Shown: positions 1 through 10,482, counted from the first letter of the stretch. The stretch: 64,000 nt of DNA from Gammaproteobacteria bacterium (GCA_016191285.1 JACPPA010000033.1:137736-201735); one strand, 5' to 3'. The notes: generated by a model from the sequence alone, not told the origin. Numbers and translations are program-made.

Positions 1-442
1 GCAGGAGCAAGGTTATCGAACACAGTACGTGGATTTCGGTGAAAAATTCGTTCAAGGGCGGATCATGAGTGCCCCACTCCGGTAGCGGCAGACCGAAAAA
101 ATTCGTGCTATAGCCGCTGAACGACGACGAGAGATAGCCGGTGATCGGTTGCAACACGAGCAGCAGGTAGAACGTCGCGTGCACCGCACGGGCCAGCGTC
201 GCCTGCCACGCCGGGAGCGTGGACGGAAGCGCGGGCGCGGCATGCCGCAAACGCCAGCCAAACCGCCACAAGGTCAGCATCAGTACGGTCAGACCAAGCG
301 ACTTGTGCAACGCAAACGCTGCACCACGAGCCGGCCCCTTCGGTAGCTCGACCATGGTCCATCCAATCGCGAACAAGCCCACCACCAGCGCAGCCGACAG
401 CCAGTGCAGCAGCATCGCGGTTTTCGTGTATTTAGAGCTCAT
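1..442 (-). CDS. cytochrome b561 family protein; only the N-terminal part is in the window, the 3' end runs off the window edge
   Basis: My own minus-strand translation from ATG at 442-440 reads MSSKYTKTAMLLHWLSAALVVGLFAIGWTMVELPKGPARGAAFALHKSLGLTVLMLTLWRFGWRLRHAAP... with no stop to position 1. The conserved His-containing TM helices (HW...H..LG) are typical of CybB-type cytochrome b561. It is absent from the supplied ORF track because it is open at the window edge. Confidence 0.6.
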   Translation of the reverse strand, partial: MSSKYTKTAMLLHWLSAALVVGLFAIGWTMVELPKGPARGAAFALHKSLGLTVLMLTLWRFGWRLRHAAPALPSTLPAWQATLARAVHATFYLLLVLQPITGYLSSSFSGYSTNFFGLPLPEWGTHDPPLNEFFTEIHVLCSITLLL

Positions 443-697
443 CTCAAAAATACTCGGGGCAGCGTTGCGCGCCCAAAGTTCTGGGCGCAAGGCGCGTGGC
501 GCCGGGAATAGCGGGGACTATTTCCAAGCCACGCAACACCGTGCCCGGACTTTCGGCGCGCAACCCTCCGGGCTGGGTCCAGTTTCGCGCATTTCGGCGT
601 TGCTCGTCGTTGCCATAGAACCACTATGTCTCCTCCTCGCGCCTTGAACTGCACAAAACTGGATCCCAGCGCTGCCCCGAGTATTTTTGAGATGAGT
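440..697. repeat. 25-28 bp perfect inverted repeat (arms 440-464 and 670-697) around a ~205 bp GC-rich spacer; arm 2 duplicates the cybB 5'UTR and start codon in inverted orientation
   Basis: Arm 1 is catctcaaaaatactcggggcagcg and arm 2 is cgctgccccgagtatttttgagatgag. Arm 1 overlaps the cyt b561 ATG and RBS region. Confidence 0.6.
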
Positions 698-898
698 TCT
701 AATTTCAGTCATCGGATAGCGCGATTCAACGAGTACGAGGCGTGAGCCGCGCACCATAGCATAGGCCTGTTAGCGTCGGTCATGCGCGAGGCGTCCTCAC
801 CAAGGTGAGGATTCGCGTCGAGATGTCTATACTGCCCGAGCCTGGGGAGGCGCACTCAATCGCGAAGGACCGCGCGAACAAGAGTCCGTATTGATTGC

Positions 899-1543
899 AT
901 GCGTAAGCGACTTTTTAGTTTTTGGCGCACCTGTCAGCAGCGATCGCCGCCGCCATGGTGCCTAACGCTTGGTTTCGCGGTTGCGCTTGGTCTGGCGCTT
1001 CCCATCGTGCACGCCGACTCGGCCGACGACGTGGGTATCGTGGCCAATACGACGGATTACAGTCTAGAAATCGACAAATCGGCACGGGTCCTGACACTGC
1101 GGCAAGGCACGCGAATCGCACGCACTTTCCCCGTCGCCCTCGGGCGCGGCGGCCACGGCGATAAGCGGATCCGTGGCGACAACAAAACCCCGATAGGCGT
1201 CTACTACATCACGGGTGTCAATGAGGGGAGTGGGTTTGACGTGTTCATGCGGCTCAGCTACCCGAATGTCAAGGATGGCTACTTCGGATTAAAAAAATCG
1301 CTGATCTCACGTCCTGAATTCGAGCATATTCTCGACGCGCAACGCCAAAGCGCACTGCCGCCGCAAAATACGGCGTTGGGCGGCTCCATTGGCATCCATG
1401 GACTGGGCGAGGAAACGATCACCAAGCTCGAAATTCAAAACAAATTTAATTGGACACAGGGATGTATCGCGTTGACCAATCGCAATGTGCGCGAACTACG
1501 TCGCTTCGTCGGCGTGGGCACCAAAGTCGTTATTCGCGAATGA
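899..1543 (+). CDS. L,D-transpeptidase (YkuD/ErfK family) with signal peptide
   Basis: Signal-like N-terminus LTLGFAVALGLALPIVHA. YkuD catalytic motifs IGIHGLG ... TQGCIALTN (His/Cys). Confidence 0.7.
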   Translation: MRKRLFSFWRTCQQRSPPPWCLTLGFAVALGLALPIVHADSADDVGIVANTTDYSLEIDKSARVLTLRQGTRIARTFPVALGRGGHGDKRIRGDNKTPIGVYYITGVNEGSGFDVFMRLSYPNVKDGYFGLKKSLISRPEFEHILDAQRQSALPPQNTALGGSIGIHGLGEETITKLEIQNKFNWTQGCIALTNRNVRELRRFVGVGTKVVIRE

Positions 1544-2013
1544 TCCGCGGCGCACCGCGGATCGCGGTTATGTTGGCTCTGCTCGGAATGACCTGGTGCG
1601 TGGTGGCCAGCCAGCTCGCCGCGAACGGGCCGCGCATCGTGCGCGGTGAAACGTCGAAATCGTTCGCGGATGTTATTTTAGAACTCGATTTCGCGATCAC
1701 CGAACGTAATTTCAGGATCACCGGACGCAATACCATCGGCAAGGGATTGCGTGAACGCGGTTACAAGGATTTTCCGGATGTCGAAGTGATCCATTTTTGT
1801 AACTTGGAATACGCGCGCGAAGTCTTGTTACTCGACCCCGGATTTGTCGCCGAAATGCCGTGCCGCATCACCGTGCACGAAGCGCATGGCAAAACTGTCG
1901 TCAGCCTTGTATTGTTGCCGGAAGATCACGCCGACCGCCGGGTCAATGCGTTTGCCGCGCGGATGAATGGCGTGCTCCGTGAAATTCTCACGTTTGTATT
2001 GGAAAAAGAATAA
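1540..2013 (+). CDS. DUF302 domain protein
   Basis: ATGA overlap with upstream stop. Sequence resembles the DUF302 family (signal peptide, about 155 aa). Confidence 0.55.
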   Translation: MIRGAPRIAVMLALLGMTWCVVASQLAANGPRIVRGETSKSFADVILELDFAITERNFRITGRNTIGKGLRERGYKDFPDVEVIHFCNLEYAREVLLLDPGFVAEMPCRITVHEAHGKTVVSLVLLPEDHADRRVNAFAARMNGVLREILTFVLEKE

Positions 2014-2041
2014 CGTCATGACTCCTCATCCACGCCGCTAG

Positions 2042-2815
2042 TTGCGCGCCATGCTAAATCACACGCCATCCCCGCTCGCGCCACCGCCTCATTTATTGCT
2101 TTTGGCGTGGCTAAGTTTGACCAGCCTCGTCATTTTCGGCGGCGTGGTGTGTGTGGACCAAGGGCTCATTCAGCAGATGCTTGGCGCGGATCGCAGCCAG
2201 ATCTGCTTGGTGGTGATCGGGATGTATTTCATCGGGCTCGGTCATACCTTTATCCGCACCCGCTATCTGTCGCGCCAAATAGAAGACGCCCAAACCTTGA
2301 TCAATCAAATTGAACGCAGCGATTCCGGTGCCGTTCGCGTAACGCACGACACGCTCGAACTGGCGAGCGGGACGCGGCCGCGGCCCGGGTTCACCGTCAA
2401 CTATTTAATCGAGTTCTTCGCACAATCGCGCACCGCTAGCGCTACTAAAGTCGAGGCGAGCACCGATCTGCTTGATGCCTATGCCTCCAAAGTTCGCAGT
2501 GCCAATGAGTTCGGCTGGTACTACATCGACCTGATGTTGAAGGTCGGTTTTCTGGGCACGCTAGTGGGCTTCATTCTGATGTTGAGTTCGGTGGCCGACA
2601 CGGGCTCGTTGGATGCGACGACCATGCAGAAAGTGTTAAAGCAAATGAGTTTGGGGATGAGCACCGCGCTCTACACCACGCTGGCGAGCCTGGTCGGCGG
2701 CATTTTGCTGTCGCTTCCCTATTACTTACTCGACCGCGGATTGGAGCGACTGCTACAACTGACGATTTACGCCAAGGATGTTCTGATGCCGCGTCAGTTC
2801 GATAGCGCGAACTAG
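2042..2815 (+). CDS. MotA/TolQ/ExbB proton-channel family protein with PomA/MotA-like 4-TM topology (257 aa)
   Basis: C-terminal TM pair carries the family signature VGFLGTLVGFILM and ALYTTLASLVGGIL. There are two N-terminal TMs and a ~100 aa loop between TM2 and TM3. Confidence 0.7.
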   Translation: MRAMLNHTPSPLAPPPHLLLLAWLSLTSLVIFGGVVCVDQGLIQQMLGADRSQICLVVIGMYFIGLGHTFIRTRYLSRQIEDAQTLINQIERSDSGAVRVTHDTLELASGTRPRPGFTVNYLIEFFAQSRTASATKVEASTDLLDAYASKVRSANEFGWYYIDLMLKVGFLGTLVGFILMLSSVADTGSLDATTMQKVLKQMSLGMSTALYTTLASLVGGILLSLPYYLLDRGLERLLQLTIYAKDVLMPRQFDSAN

Positions 2816-2826
2816 CGGCCGCCCGC

Positions 2827-3450
2827 ATGCCTGCCCTCGCCCGTGCCGGGAGTCGTCATCGTCAACCGTTCGATCCAATCACGGCGGTGCTGTTTAAAAT
2901 TATTCAGGCGATAACCTTTTTGTTTGTACTGGCGGTATTGTTCATGAACCCAGTGTCCAAACAAGGCATCATCGATCCCAAAGCCGAATACATCATTACC
3001 GTGGCGTGGCCCGACAAAAATCCGAATGATATTGATACTTACGTTGAGGATCCGGCCGGTAATCTCATCGATTTCGCCTCGCCGGCCGCAGGTCTGATCC
3101 ATTTGGATCGCGACGATCGCGGCAATCTGAACGATACGTTGAATATCAACGGCAAAATTATCGAGAACCCGTTGAATCAAGAAATCACGACCATTCGCGG
3201 CGTGGTCCCCGGCGAGTATGTAATCAACATTCACTACTATGCGACCGAAGATAATAAAGCGGTTCCGGTCACGGTGCGGGTCGACAAGGTAAATCCCAAG
3301 CTCGAGGTCTTGTACTACGACACCCTGACCCTGGAACATAAGGACGACGAAAAAACCGCCATTCGATTCACGGTCTTAGGGAACGGCGCGGTCACCAACA
3401 TCAACCACATTCCGAAAAGCTTGGTGTCGAAAGCTTTCAAACGCAATTAA
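2827..3450 (+). CDS. hypothetical bitopic membrane protein (N-terminal TM, ~160 aa beta-rich extracytoplasmic domain); candidate partner of the MotA-like protein
   Basis: TM DPITAVLFKIIQAITFLFVLAVLFM has a Lys and no Asp. Position immediately after a MotA/ExbB gene is typical for ExbD/TolR/MotB, but the conserved TM Asp is absent. Confidence 0.5.
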   Translation: MPALARAGSRHRQPFDPITAVLFKIIQAITFLFVLAVLFMNPVSKQGIIDPKAEYIITVAWPDKNPNDIDTYVEDPAGNLIDFASPAAGLIHLDRDDRGNLNDTLNINGKIIENPLNQEITTIRGVVPGEYVINIHYYATEDNKAVPVTVRVDKVNPKLEVLYYDTLTLEHKDDEKTAIRFTVLGNGAVTNINHIPKSLVSKAFKRN

Positions 3451-3462
3451 AAAGGACTCCAC

Positions 3463-3987
3463 GTGAACTTTGGACATGGCGCAATCGTTTCAGGCTTTGT
3501 GGTCGTTCTGCTGCTGATGCTTGGCTTGAGCCTGTACTCGACCTGGTCGTTGCGCAAAAAGATAGCCGGCATCCTGGTGGTGACATTGACCTATTTGCTC
3601 GTTTATTTTTCACTGCCGCGAATGCTGGGCTGGCCTACCGATCGCCAGGTTCCCCGGCGCTTTAATTTGGTGGCGGTTTATATTCAAGAGCCCAACAAGG
3701 CAACCGGCGGGGCGGGGGATGTGTTTTTCTGGGCGACTGATCTCGCGCCCGGCGCCGATCTCCGTCCCCGCGCCTATCACATGCCGTTCAAGGCTTCCTT
3801 CAAATCGGCATTCCAAGAAGCCCAAGGTAAACTCCGGCAGAATATTCCGCAGGAAGGAAAAATCGAATTGGATGATCAGGAACAGGGGGTGCCCCTCGAC
3901 TGGTCGCGGCTGGGGCAAAAAAGCGTAAAGCTTAAATTCAAAGATATTCCGGTCAATTTGCCGCCAAGCAAAGATGCGCCGGGCTAA
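3463..3987 (+). CDS. hypothetical membrane protein (2 N-terminal TMs + soluble domain), paralog 1
   Basis: Shares the motif LGWPTxRxxPxRFNL, the region VYIQEP/LQIVEP, and the same overall architecture with the next ORF. Confidence 0.5.
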   Translation: MNFGHGAIVSGFVVVLLLMLGLSLYSTWSLRKKIAGILVVTLTYLLVYFSLPRMLGWPTDRQVPRRFNLVAVYIQEPNKATGGAGDVFFWATDLAPGADLRPRAYHMPFKASFKSAFQEAQGKLRQNIPQEGKIELDDQEQGVPLDWSRLGQKSVKLKFKDIPVNLPPSKDAPG

Positions 3988-4004
3988 GACCTAAAGGCCT
4001 TTCA

Positions 4005-4517
4005 ATGAATAACGCAAATCTCGCCGCTTTTGCCGCGGCGTATGTCGTGATTGCACTGTTGCTGCTGAATGTCCTGATCTTCACCCGCTGGATGTGGTGG
4101 GTAAAACTCGCTGCCGTCATTCTCGTCGCCGGCTTATGTACGATCACCTACCGCTCAATCCCCGACTTACTGGGATGGCCGACCGCGCGTGGCCTGCCGG
4201 CTCGTTTTAACTTAATGGGATTGCAGATTGTCGAGCCCGATAAAGGTGGCACGACCAAGGGCAATATTTTTTTATGGGTCACCGAAATGAATCTGGACGG
4301 CTCGCCGCGCGTGCCGCGCGCGTTTGTGTTGCCCTTTCATCCCGAGCTCCAGGTAAAGGTCGCCGCCGCCGGCACCAAACTCCGCAAAAATTTACCGCAA
4401 CTCGGAGAAATTTCGACCAAGCCGTTCGAGTCCGCGGCCACCGACACCGGTCACAACAGCAAGATGATCAATCTCGATTTTTTTGATCTACCGGATCCGT
4501 TGTTTCCGGAGCGCTAA
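4005..4517 (+). CDS. hypothetical membrane protein, paralog 2 (tandem duplicate of 3463-3987)
   Basis: DLLGWPTARGLPARFNLMGLQIVEPDKGG aligns with MLGWPTDRQVPRRFNLVAVYIQEPNKATGG of paralog 1. Confidence 0.5.
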   Translation: MNNANLAAFAAAYVVIALLLLNVLIFTRWMWWVKLAAVILVAGLCTITYRSIPDLLGWPTARGLPARFNLMGLQIVEPDKGGTTKGNIFLWVTEMNLDGSPRVPRAFVLPFHPELQVKVAAAGTKLRKNLPQLGEISTKPFESAATDTGHNSKMINLDFFDLPDPLFPER

Positions 4518-4526
4518 ATCGGGGTG

Positions 4527-4588
4527 GTGGGAGCCGCTTTAACGCCGAATCTTGGGTGAGATCCATTCGCGGCTAAAGCCGCTCCCAC
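4527..4588. repeat. REP-like palindromic element, family 1 (gtgggagccgctttagc...gctaaagccgctcccac), copy 1
   Basis: Near-perfect inverted repeat. The same element recurs at 49767-49848 and 58422-58484. It lies in the convergent gap between the membrane-protein paralog and tilS. Confidence 0.6.
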
Positions 4589-4670
4589 AACAGCCGCTCC
4601 CATGAAACCGAAGCTCGGTTAACGGAAGTTTAGTGCGGGACACCACACCAGATTCCCACGCTGGCATTTT

Positions 4671-6026
4671 TTATTTGGCAACTGTGGGCTCCCAATGAAG
4701 TCCCCAACCGGTTTCGCCCGCCTGTGCCGCATACGGCGCGCATACGAATAGATCCGCCACGGCCGCAAGTTGCTCGTCGATATAGATTAAGGGTAGGACG
4801 TGGCGTTCCCAGGGTGGGATCCCGCGCTCCTGCAGTGCATGTTTCAGCGGTTGCCCGTGCGCGCGGCCGGCGGGCTGACAGCGTTCGCCGCCCAACCGCG
4901 TTCGAATCGTCACTTCAGCACCAACTGTCAGTAGCACATTACTTTCAGTCGCCAGCATTGGCGTCGCACTCAAGACACCCCAGGGCAGCGCTAACGGTTT
5001 TTTGAAATCCCAACGCGCGTTAAAGCTCACTGGCGATTTCGATAACGGCCAGCCCAGATAGAGCATCTCACGATAACGCCGGAGCACGGCGCCTTTCCAC
5101 GCAACCGCAGCCACACGATCGCCGCGAGCGCCGATAACAGTCGTGACGATTTGCACCAGGTGCGCCGCATCGGGCAGCGGGAATCCGGCGCGCTCGATCC
5201 AGCGCCGCAGCACAATTTTTCCAAGATTTGGATCTAGCGCAGTAATGGTTCGGAGCGCGATCCGGGTCGGCTGCGGCAACGCGGCCTGCGCCAAGAGCTG
5301 ATCGGCCACGATATCGAGTGTCACCGCATTCGCGCGTTGGAGTTCGGCATTGCGATTGAAGATACTGACGACGGCCGGCCAGCGTTCGCGCAACAGGGGC
5401 AATACGCGGTGCCGAAGAAAATTGCGATCATGATCGAGCAACGCATTACTCGGATCCTCGATCCAGCGGAGATCCTCGCGCTCGACATGGCGCGCGATCT
5501 CATCACCGCTGAAGGCTAGCAGCGGCCGCCCTAGCCACCCTGGACCTAAGCGCCGCACCGGAGCAATCCCGCGCAGCCCGGCCGGTCCGGCGCCGCGCGC
5601 CGCGTTGAGTAAAAACGTTTCGGCCTGATCGTCGGCATGATGGGCCGTGAGGAGCATCGTATGCTCGGTCAAGTGCGATGCGAAGGCATGATGGCGCTGT
5701 TCGCGTGCCCAGGCCTCAACGCTAGACCCGCGCGCGGGTCGGCCGCTAATCGGCACCACGAGCAACGGGATCTTCAATTCCGTGCACTGGGTTTGGCACC
5801 AACGTGCCCATTCGGGACTATGCGCGTGCAAACCATGATCGACATGGAGCGCAGTGAGCCTGAATTCGCCGCGATACGCAGCAAGCGCGTGTAAGAGAAC
5901 CGTCGAGTCGCGCCCACCGCTATAGGCCACGACGAGTTCGGTGCACGATCCGACATCCGCGATAAGGTCCAGGCATGCAGCGCGGATACGGCGCAGAAAC
6001 GCGCTGCTGGCCGCGCCGGTAGTCAT
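4671..6026 (-). CDS. tilS: tRNA(Ile)-lysidine synthetase
   Basis: PP-loop motif SGGRDSTVLLHAL. Canonical position downstream of accA. Confidence 0.85.
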   Translation of the reverse strand: MTTGAASSAFLRRIRAACLDLIADVGSCTELVVAYSGGRDSTVLLHALAAYRGEFRLTALHVDHGLHAHSPEWARWCQTQCTELKIPLLVVPISGRPARGSSVEAWAREQRHHAFASHLTEHTMLLTAHHADDQAETFLLNAARGAGPAGLRGIAPVRRLGPGWLGRPLLAFSGDEIARHVEREDLRWIEDPSNALLDHDRNFLRHRVLPLLRERWPAVVSIFNRNAELQRANAVTLDIVADQLLAQAALPQPTRIALRTITALDPNLGKIVLRRWIERAGFPLPDAAHLVQIVTTVIGARGDRVAAVAWKGAVLRRYREMLYLGWPLSKSPVSFNARWDFKKPLALPWGVLSATPMLATESNVLLTVGAEVTIRTRLGGERCQPAGRAHGQPLKHALQERGIPPWERHVLPLIYIDEQLAAVADLFVCAPYAAQAGETGWGLHWEPTVAK

Positions 6027-7015
6027 TACTTTTCGATAAATTCGCCGAATTGATTGAGTCGCGCGTAGCGCTGATGGATCAGCGTGTCGGGATCGAGCTT
6101 TAAAAGCTTGTCCAGCGCATCTTGGATGCTGGCCTTAACTTTAAGCGCAATCTGCCCATAGTCGCGATGCGCGCCGCCGAGGGGCTCTTCGATCACACTG
6201 TCGATTAGCTTGAGTTGGAGCAATCGTTCGGACGTAATGCCCATCGCCTCCGCGGCCTCGGCCGCTCTATCCGCGCTTTTCCACAAAATCGATGCACAAC
6301 CCTCCGGTGAGATCACCGCATAGGTCGCGTACTGCAACATCACCACCCGATCCGCGACACCGATCGCCAGCGCGCCGCCGGATCCGCCCTCACCGATGAC
6401 GGTGGCGACAATGGGCACGCGCAAACTTGCCAAGGTCAGCAAGTTCCGGGCAATGGCCTCGCTTTGTCCACGCTCTTCGGCGTCGATTCCGGGATACGCC
6501 CCAGGCGTATCGATAAACGTCAGCAGCGGTAATCGAAAATGTTCCGCCAACTGCATTATCCGCAATGCCTTGCGATACCCTTCGGGCTTCGGCATGCCAA
6601 AATTGCGATGCAAATTATCCTTGGTGTTGCGCCCCTTCTGATGGCCGATGAAGGCTACACCGCGTCCATTTAAACGCGCCACGCCACTGACAATCGCCGG
6701 ATCATCGGCAAACAGTCGATCGCCATGCAGCTCTTCGATCTGATCGAAGATTCGCTCGACATAATCTAGCGTAAATGGACGCTGCGGATGACGCGCCAAC
6801 TTCGACACCTGCCACGGGGTGAGCGCCGAGAATATTTGGCTCGTGAGATCCCGCGAGCGCTCTTGCAATTTTTCGATCTCGACACCGATATTGAGTTCGG
6901 AATCGTTACCGACCTTGCGCAGCGCTTCTATTTTGGCTTCCAGCTCTGCAATCGGTTGCTCGAAATCGAGGAACTGATAGTTGATGGTCGAGACTTCGGG
7001 AGTGATTGCTGACAT
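6026..7015 (-). CDS. accA: acetyl-CoA carboxylase carboxyltransferase alpha subunit
   Basis: Full-length AccA-like sequence ([18 protein letters not shown] ... [10 protein letters not shown]). Confidence 0.9.
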   Translation of the reverse strand: MSAITPEVSTINYQFLDFEQPIAELEAKIEALRKVGNDSELNIGVEIEKLQERSRDLTSQIFSALTPWQVSKLARHPQRPFTLDYVERIFDQIEELHGDRLFADDPAIVSGVARLNGRGVAFIGHQKGRNTKDNLHRNFGMPKPEGYRKALRIMQLAEHFRLPLLTFIDTPGAYPGIDAEERGQSEAIARNLLTLASLRVPIVATVIGEGGSGGALAIGVADRVVMLQYATYAVISPEGCASILWKSADRAAEAAEAMGITSERLLQLKLIDSVIEEPLGGAHRDYGQIALKVKASIQDALDKLLKLDPDTLIHQRYARLNQFGEFIEK

Positions 7016-7029
7016 GACTTCGCAGACCC

Positions 7030-10000
7030 TTAGTATTCCACGGTGACAGCATCATCACCGACATGCACACGTAATTGTTCGAGCAAGGCTTCATTGGCGT
7101 GCACCCGCCATTCGTCCGCCAGCCTAATGCGCGCCTGCGCGGATTCGGTCGCGTACTCGATACAAACCGGACAGGGTCCGCGGCCATAAGCCTTCAACGC
7201 CGTTTGCAGACTGCCGACGAGGCCATTCAAGCGTCCTTGCTCGACTCGAATCACCACGGCCCGCGCGAACCGTTGGCGTGCTTCGTCGATGCTCCAGATC
7301 TGCTGCGCATTCAGCGTTGGCTCGCCGCTGTAGTCATCGACCGCACATTCACCTTCGAGCACCACCAAGCGATCGACCGCCAGTTTATCGATCGCATTTT
7401 CGAGCGCTTCATTGTACACAGTCGCTTCAATTCGAGCGGTGTCGTCATCGATGGTTAAAATTGCCATCCGTCCACGCCGGCTCTTCATAAAGCGCAAGCC
7501 TAAAATGAATCCCGCCACCCGCTTCCGGCCGGTCTTTAAATCCACCAAGCGTACCGCGCCGAGCGCCTGCAGTTCCAGACGATAGCGATCGATGGGATGG
7601 CCACTCAAGTACAGACCGAGCGTCTCTTTTTCCCAGCCCAGAATTTGCGATTTTGACCACTCGTCGCACCTGACGGCGCGTTGCCACGCGGAGGTATCGG
7701 TCGCGCTCGAATCAGCGTCGTGGGCCAAACCAAACATATCGATTTGTCCGCGTTCGGCGGCCTTCGCTTGTTGCTCCGCCGCCTGCAGCGCCGGTTCGAG
7801 CGCCATCATCAAACCACGGCGCGGCGCACCGAAGGAATCAAGCGCGCCAGATTTGATCAAAGCCTCGAGCACCCGACGGCCGAGTTTTCGCGCATCGTTG
7901 CGCTGGCATAGATCAAATAGATCACGATAAGCGCCATGCGTCGCGCGCTCCTCGGCGACTGCCGCCACAGCCGCTTCGCCTACGCCCTTGATCGCGCCCA
8001 GGCCATAACGAATAGTGCGCGCATCAGCGACGGTAAACCGGTGCTCGCACGCGTTGATATCCGGATTTTGCACCGTAATTTGCAATTGCCGGCATTCGTC
8101 CATCAGACGGACGACCTTGTCGGTGGTATCCATATCCGCCGACAACACCGCCGCCATGAATTCGGCTGGATAGTGTGCTTTCAACCAAGCGGTTTGATAC
8201 GCCACCAAGGCATACGCGGCGGAATGCGATTTATTGAATCCGTAACCCGCGAATTTCTCCATCAAGTCGAAGATCAGCGCGGCGACGTCGTGTTCGATAC
8301 CGCGATCCGTCGCGCCGGTGATAAAAGTCTGGCGTTGTTGCGCCATTTCTTCGGCCTTCTTCTTACCCATCGCACGCCGCAATAAGTCGGCGGCGCCAAG
8401 CGTGTAGCCGGCAAGCACCTGGGCTATCTGCATCACTTGTTCTTGGTACAAGATAACGCCGTAGGTCGGTTTTAAAATGCCTTCGAGCGCTGGCGTCGGG
8501 TACTTCACGAGCGCTTTGCCGTGCTTGCGATCGATGAAGTCATCAACCATCCCGGATTGGAGCGGGCCGGGTCGAAACAGCGCCACCAGCGCGATTAAAT
8601 CTTCGAAACTGTCGGGCTGCAGCCGTTTGATCAACTCCTTCATGCCGCGCGATTCGAGTTGAAATACCGCGGTAGTCTGTGCCCGTTGCACGAGCTTATA
8701 GGTGAGCGGATCGATCAGCGGCAGCGTCGTGATATCGAGGGATATTTCACCGTTCGCCGCGCGCGCGCGATTAATTCCACGCACCGCGCTGTCGATGATG
8801 GTAAGCGTCCGCAACCCTAAGAAATCGAACTTCAGGAGTCCCACGGCTTCGACATCGCTCATGTCGAATTGGGTGACCGCGGTGTCGCTACCCTGTTCAC
8901 AGTATAGCGGCATGAATTCAGTCAGCGGCCGGGGCGCAATCACGATACCGCCGGCGTGCTTGCCCGCGTTGCGTGACAGGCCTTCGAGCGATAGCGCCAA
9001 ATCCATGATCGCGCGGACGTCGTCCTCGTCGGCGTAGCGCGCCTTGAGCTGCGGTTCCTCGATCATCGCGCGGTCGAGCGTCATATTCGGATCGAACGGC
9101 ACGAGCTTGGCTAGCTGATCGACGAAGCCATAGGGGAATCCCAACACCCGTCCGACATCGCGCAGCACCGCCTTCGCCGCCATCGTGCCGTAGGTGATGA
9201 TTTGCGCGACCTTGTCCCGGCCGTAGCGCTCGTTGACGTATTCGATCACTTCGTCGCGGCGATCCATGCAGAAATCGATGTCGAAGTCCGGCATCGACAC
9301 CCGTTCCGGATTAAGAAACCGTTCGAATAGCAGATCGTAGTCAAGCGGATCGAGTTCAGTAATGCCGAGCGCGAAAGCCGCCAGCGATCCGGCGCCGGAA
9401 CCACGGCCCGGTCCGACCGGAATCGCGGCGCGTTTAGCCCACTGAATGAAGTCCGCGACGATTAAGAAATAACCCGCGAAGCCCATTGAATTGATGACCG
9501 CGAGTTCGCTTTCCAAACGGGCCCAATAGACATCCGCGCCGCGCGTCTGTAACGCACCCGGGCGGGTGGCCAGTCGCTCGGTTAGGCCCGAGCGCGCGTC
9601 GTGTTCCAACAAGGCTTCTACCGTCGTGCCAATGGCCACCGGATAATTCGGTAAGTGGTAGGCGCCAAAGGTAAATTCTAGGTTGCAGCGCTGTGCAACA
9701 GCGACGGTATTCGCGAGCGCATCGGGGAGATCGGCAAACAGCACCGACATTTCTTGTGGGGTACGCAAATATTGCTCGGCGGTATAGAGCTTAGGCCGTC
9801 TGGGATCGGACAAGGTACGGCCGTCTTGAATACAGACTCGCGCCTCGTGCGCATCGAATTCGTCAGCCGCCAAAAAGCGCACGTCGTTAGTCGCTACCAA
9901 CGGTAAATCGAGCGCATCGGCAACCGCGACGAGCGCTGCAACCTGCTGCTCTTCACCGGCGCGTCCGGTGCGCGTGATCTCAAGATAGTAGCGACCCGGA

Positions 10001-10482
10001 AATAATTGAGCCCAGGCACGCGTGCGGGCAGTGAGCGCGGTCGCGTTTCCGGCGCTCGCTAGCTGCCCAAGTTCGCCGTAGAGGCCGCCAGAAAGCGCCA
10101 GCAGTCCTTGGGTAGTGGCGGCGGTCAACCAGTCGTAGTCGACATGCGGGCTGCCTTGGATCTGACCCTCGCGATAGCTCCGCGTCAGCAACACCGACAG
10201 ATTACGAAACCCGGCCTGGTCCTGGCACAGCAACAGCAGTCGCGAGCGCTCACCGGTGTCCGCGCGGCGAATCGATACGTCGGCACCGAGAATGGGTTTG
10301 ATGCCGGCGCGTTCGGCTTCTTGATAAAACTTGACCGCTGCGAATGCGTTACCCAGATCCGTGATCGCAACTGCCGGCATGCCGGCCTCGCGCACACGGG
10401 TAATCAACTCCGGAATTCGGATCAGCCCGTCGGCTAACGAATACTCGGAATGCACATGAAGATGGACGAACGAAACGCTCAT
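7030..10482 (-). CDS. dnaE: DNA polymerase III alpha subunit
   Basis: 1150 aa. N-terminal PHP motif [13 protein letters not shown]. Confidence 0.95.
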   Translation of the reverse strand: MSVSFVHLHVHSEYSLADGLIRIPELITRVREAGMPAVAITDLGNAFAAVKFYQEAERAGIKPILGADVSIRRADTGERSRLLLLCQDQAGFRNLSVLLTRSYREGQIQGSPHVDYDWLTAATTQGLLALSGGLYGELGQLASAGNATALTARTRAWAQLFPGRYYLEITRTGRAGEEQQVAALVAVADALDLPLVATNDVRFLAADEFDAHEARVCIQDGRTLSDPRRPKLYTAEQYLRTPQEMSVLFADLPDALANTVAVAQRCNLEFTFGAYHLPNYPVAIGTTVEALLEHDARSGLTERLATRPGALQTRGADVYWARLESELAVINSMGFAGYFLIVADFIQWAKRAAIPVGPGRGSGAGSLAAFALGITELDPLDYDLLFERFLNPERVSMPDFDIDFCMDRRDEVIEYVNERYGRDKVAQIITYGTMAAKAVLRDVGRVLGFPYGFVDQLAKLVPFDPNMTLDRAMIEEPQLKARYADEDDVRAIMDLALSLEGLSRNAGKHAGGIVIAPRPLTEFMPLYCEQGSDTAVTQFDMSDVEAVGLLKFDFLGLRTLTIIDSAVRGINRARAANGEISLDITTLPLIDPLTYKLVQRAQTTAVFQLESRGMKELIKRLQPDSFEDLIALVALFRPGPLQSGMVDDFIDRKHGKALVKYPTPALEGILKPTYGVILYQEQVMQIAQVLAGYTLGAADLLRRAMGKKKAEEMAQQRQTFITGATDRGIEHDVAALIFDLMEKFAGYGFNKSHSAAYALVAYQTAWLKAHYPAEFMAAVLSADMDTTDKVVRLMDECRQLQITVQNPDINACEHRFTVADARTIRYGLGAIKGVGEAAVAAVAEERATHGAYRDLFDLCQRNDARKLGRRVLEALIKSGALDSFGAPRRGLMMALEPALQAAEQQAKAAERGQIDMFGLAHDADSSATDTSAWQRAVRCDEWSKSQILGWEKETLGLYLSGHPIDRYRLELQALGAVRLVDLKTGRKRVAGFILGLRFMKSRRGRMAILTIDDDTARIEATVYNEALENAIDKLAVDRLVVLEGECAVDDYSGEPTLNAQQIWSIDEARQRFARAVVIRVEQGRLNGLVGSLQTALKAYGRGPCPVCIEYATESAQARIRLADEWRVHANEALLEQLRVHVGDDAVTVEY

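Noticed and set aside
149-647. Plus-strand ORFs 149-346 and 219-647 and minus ORFs 52-261 and 108-362 supplied in the track
   Set aside because: They overlap the cytochrome b561 reading frame (1-442, minus), which I translated directly and which has a coherent membrane-protein sequence. The others are Arg/Ala-rich, low-complexity translations typical of off-frame GC-rich DNA.
7075-10437. Numerous 60-170 aa ORFs antisense or out-of-frame within dnaE, bamA, rseP, dxr, cdsA, glnD, hsdM and hsdR
   Set aside because: They are embedded in well-supported long genes, and their Arg/Pro/Ala-rich composition is characteristic of spurious ORFs in high-GC genomes.
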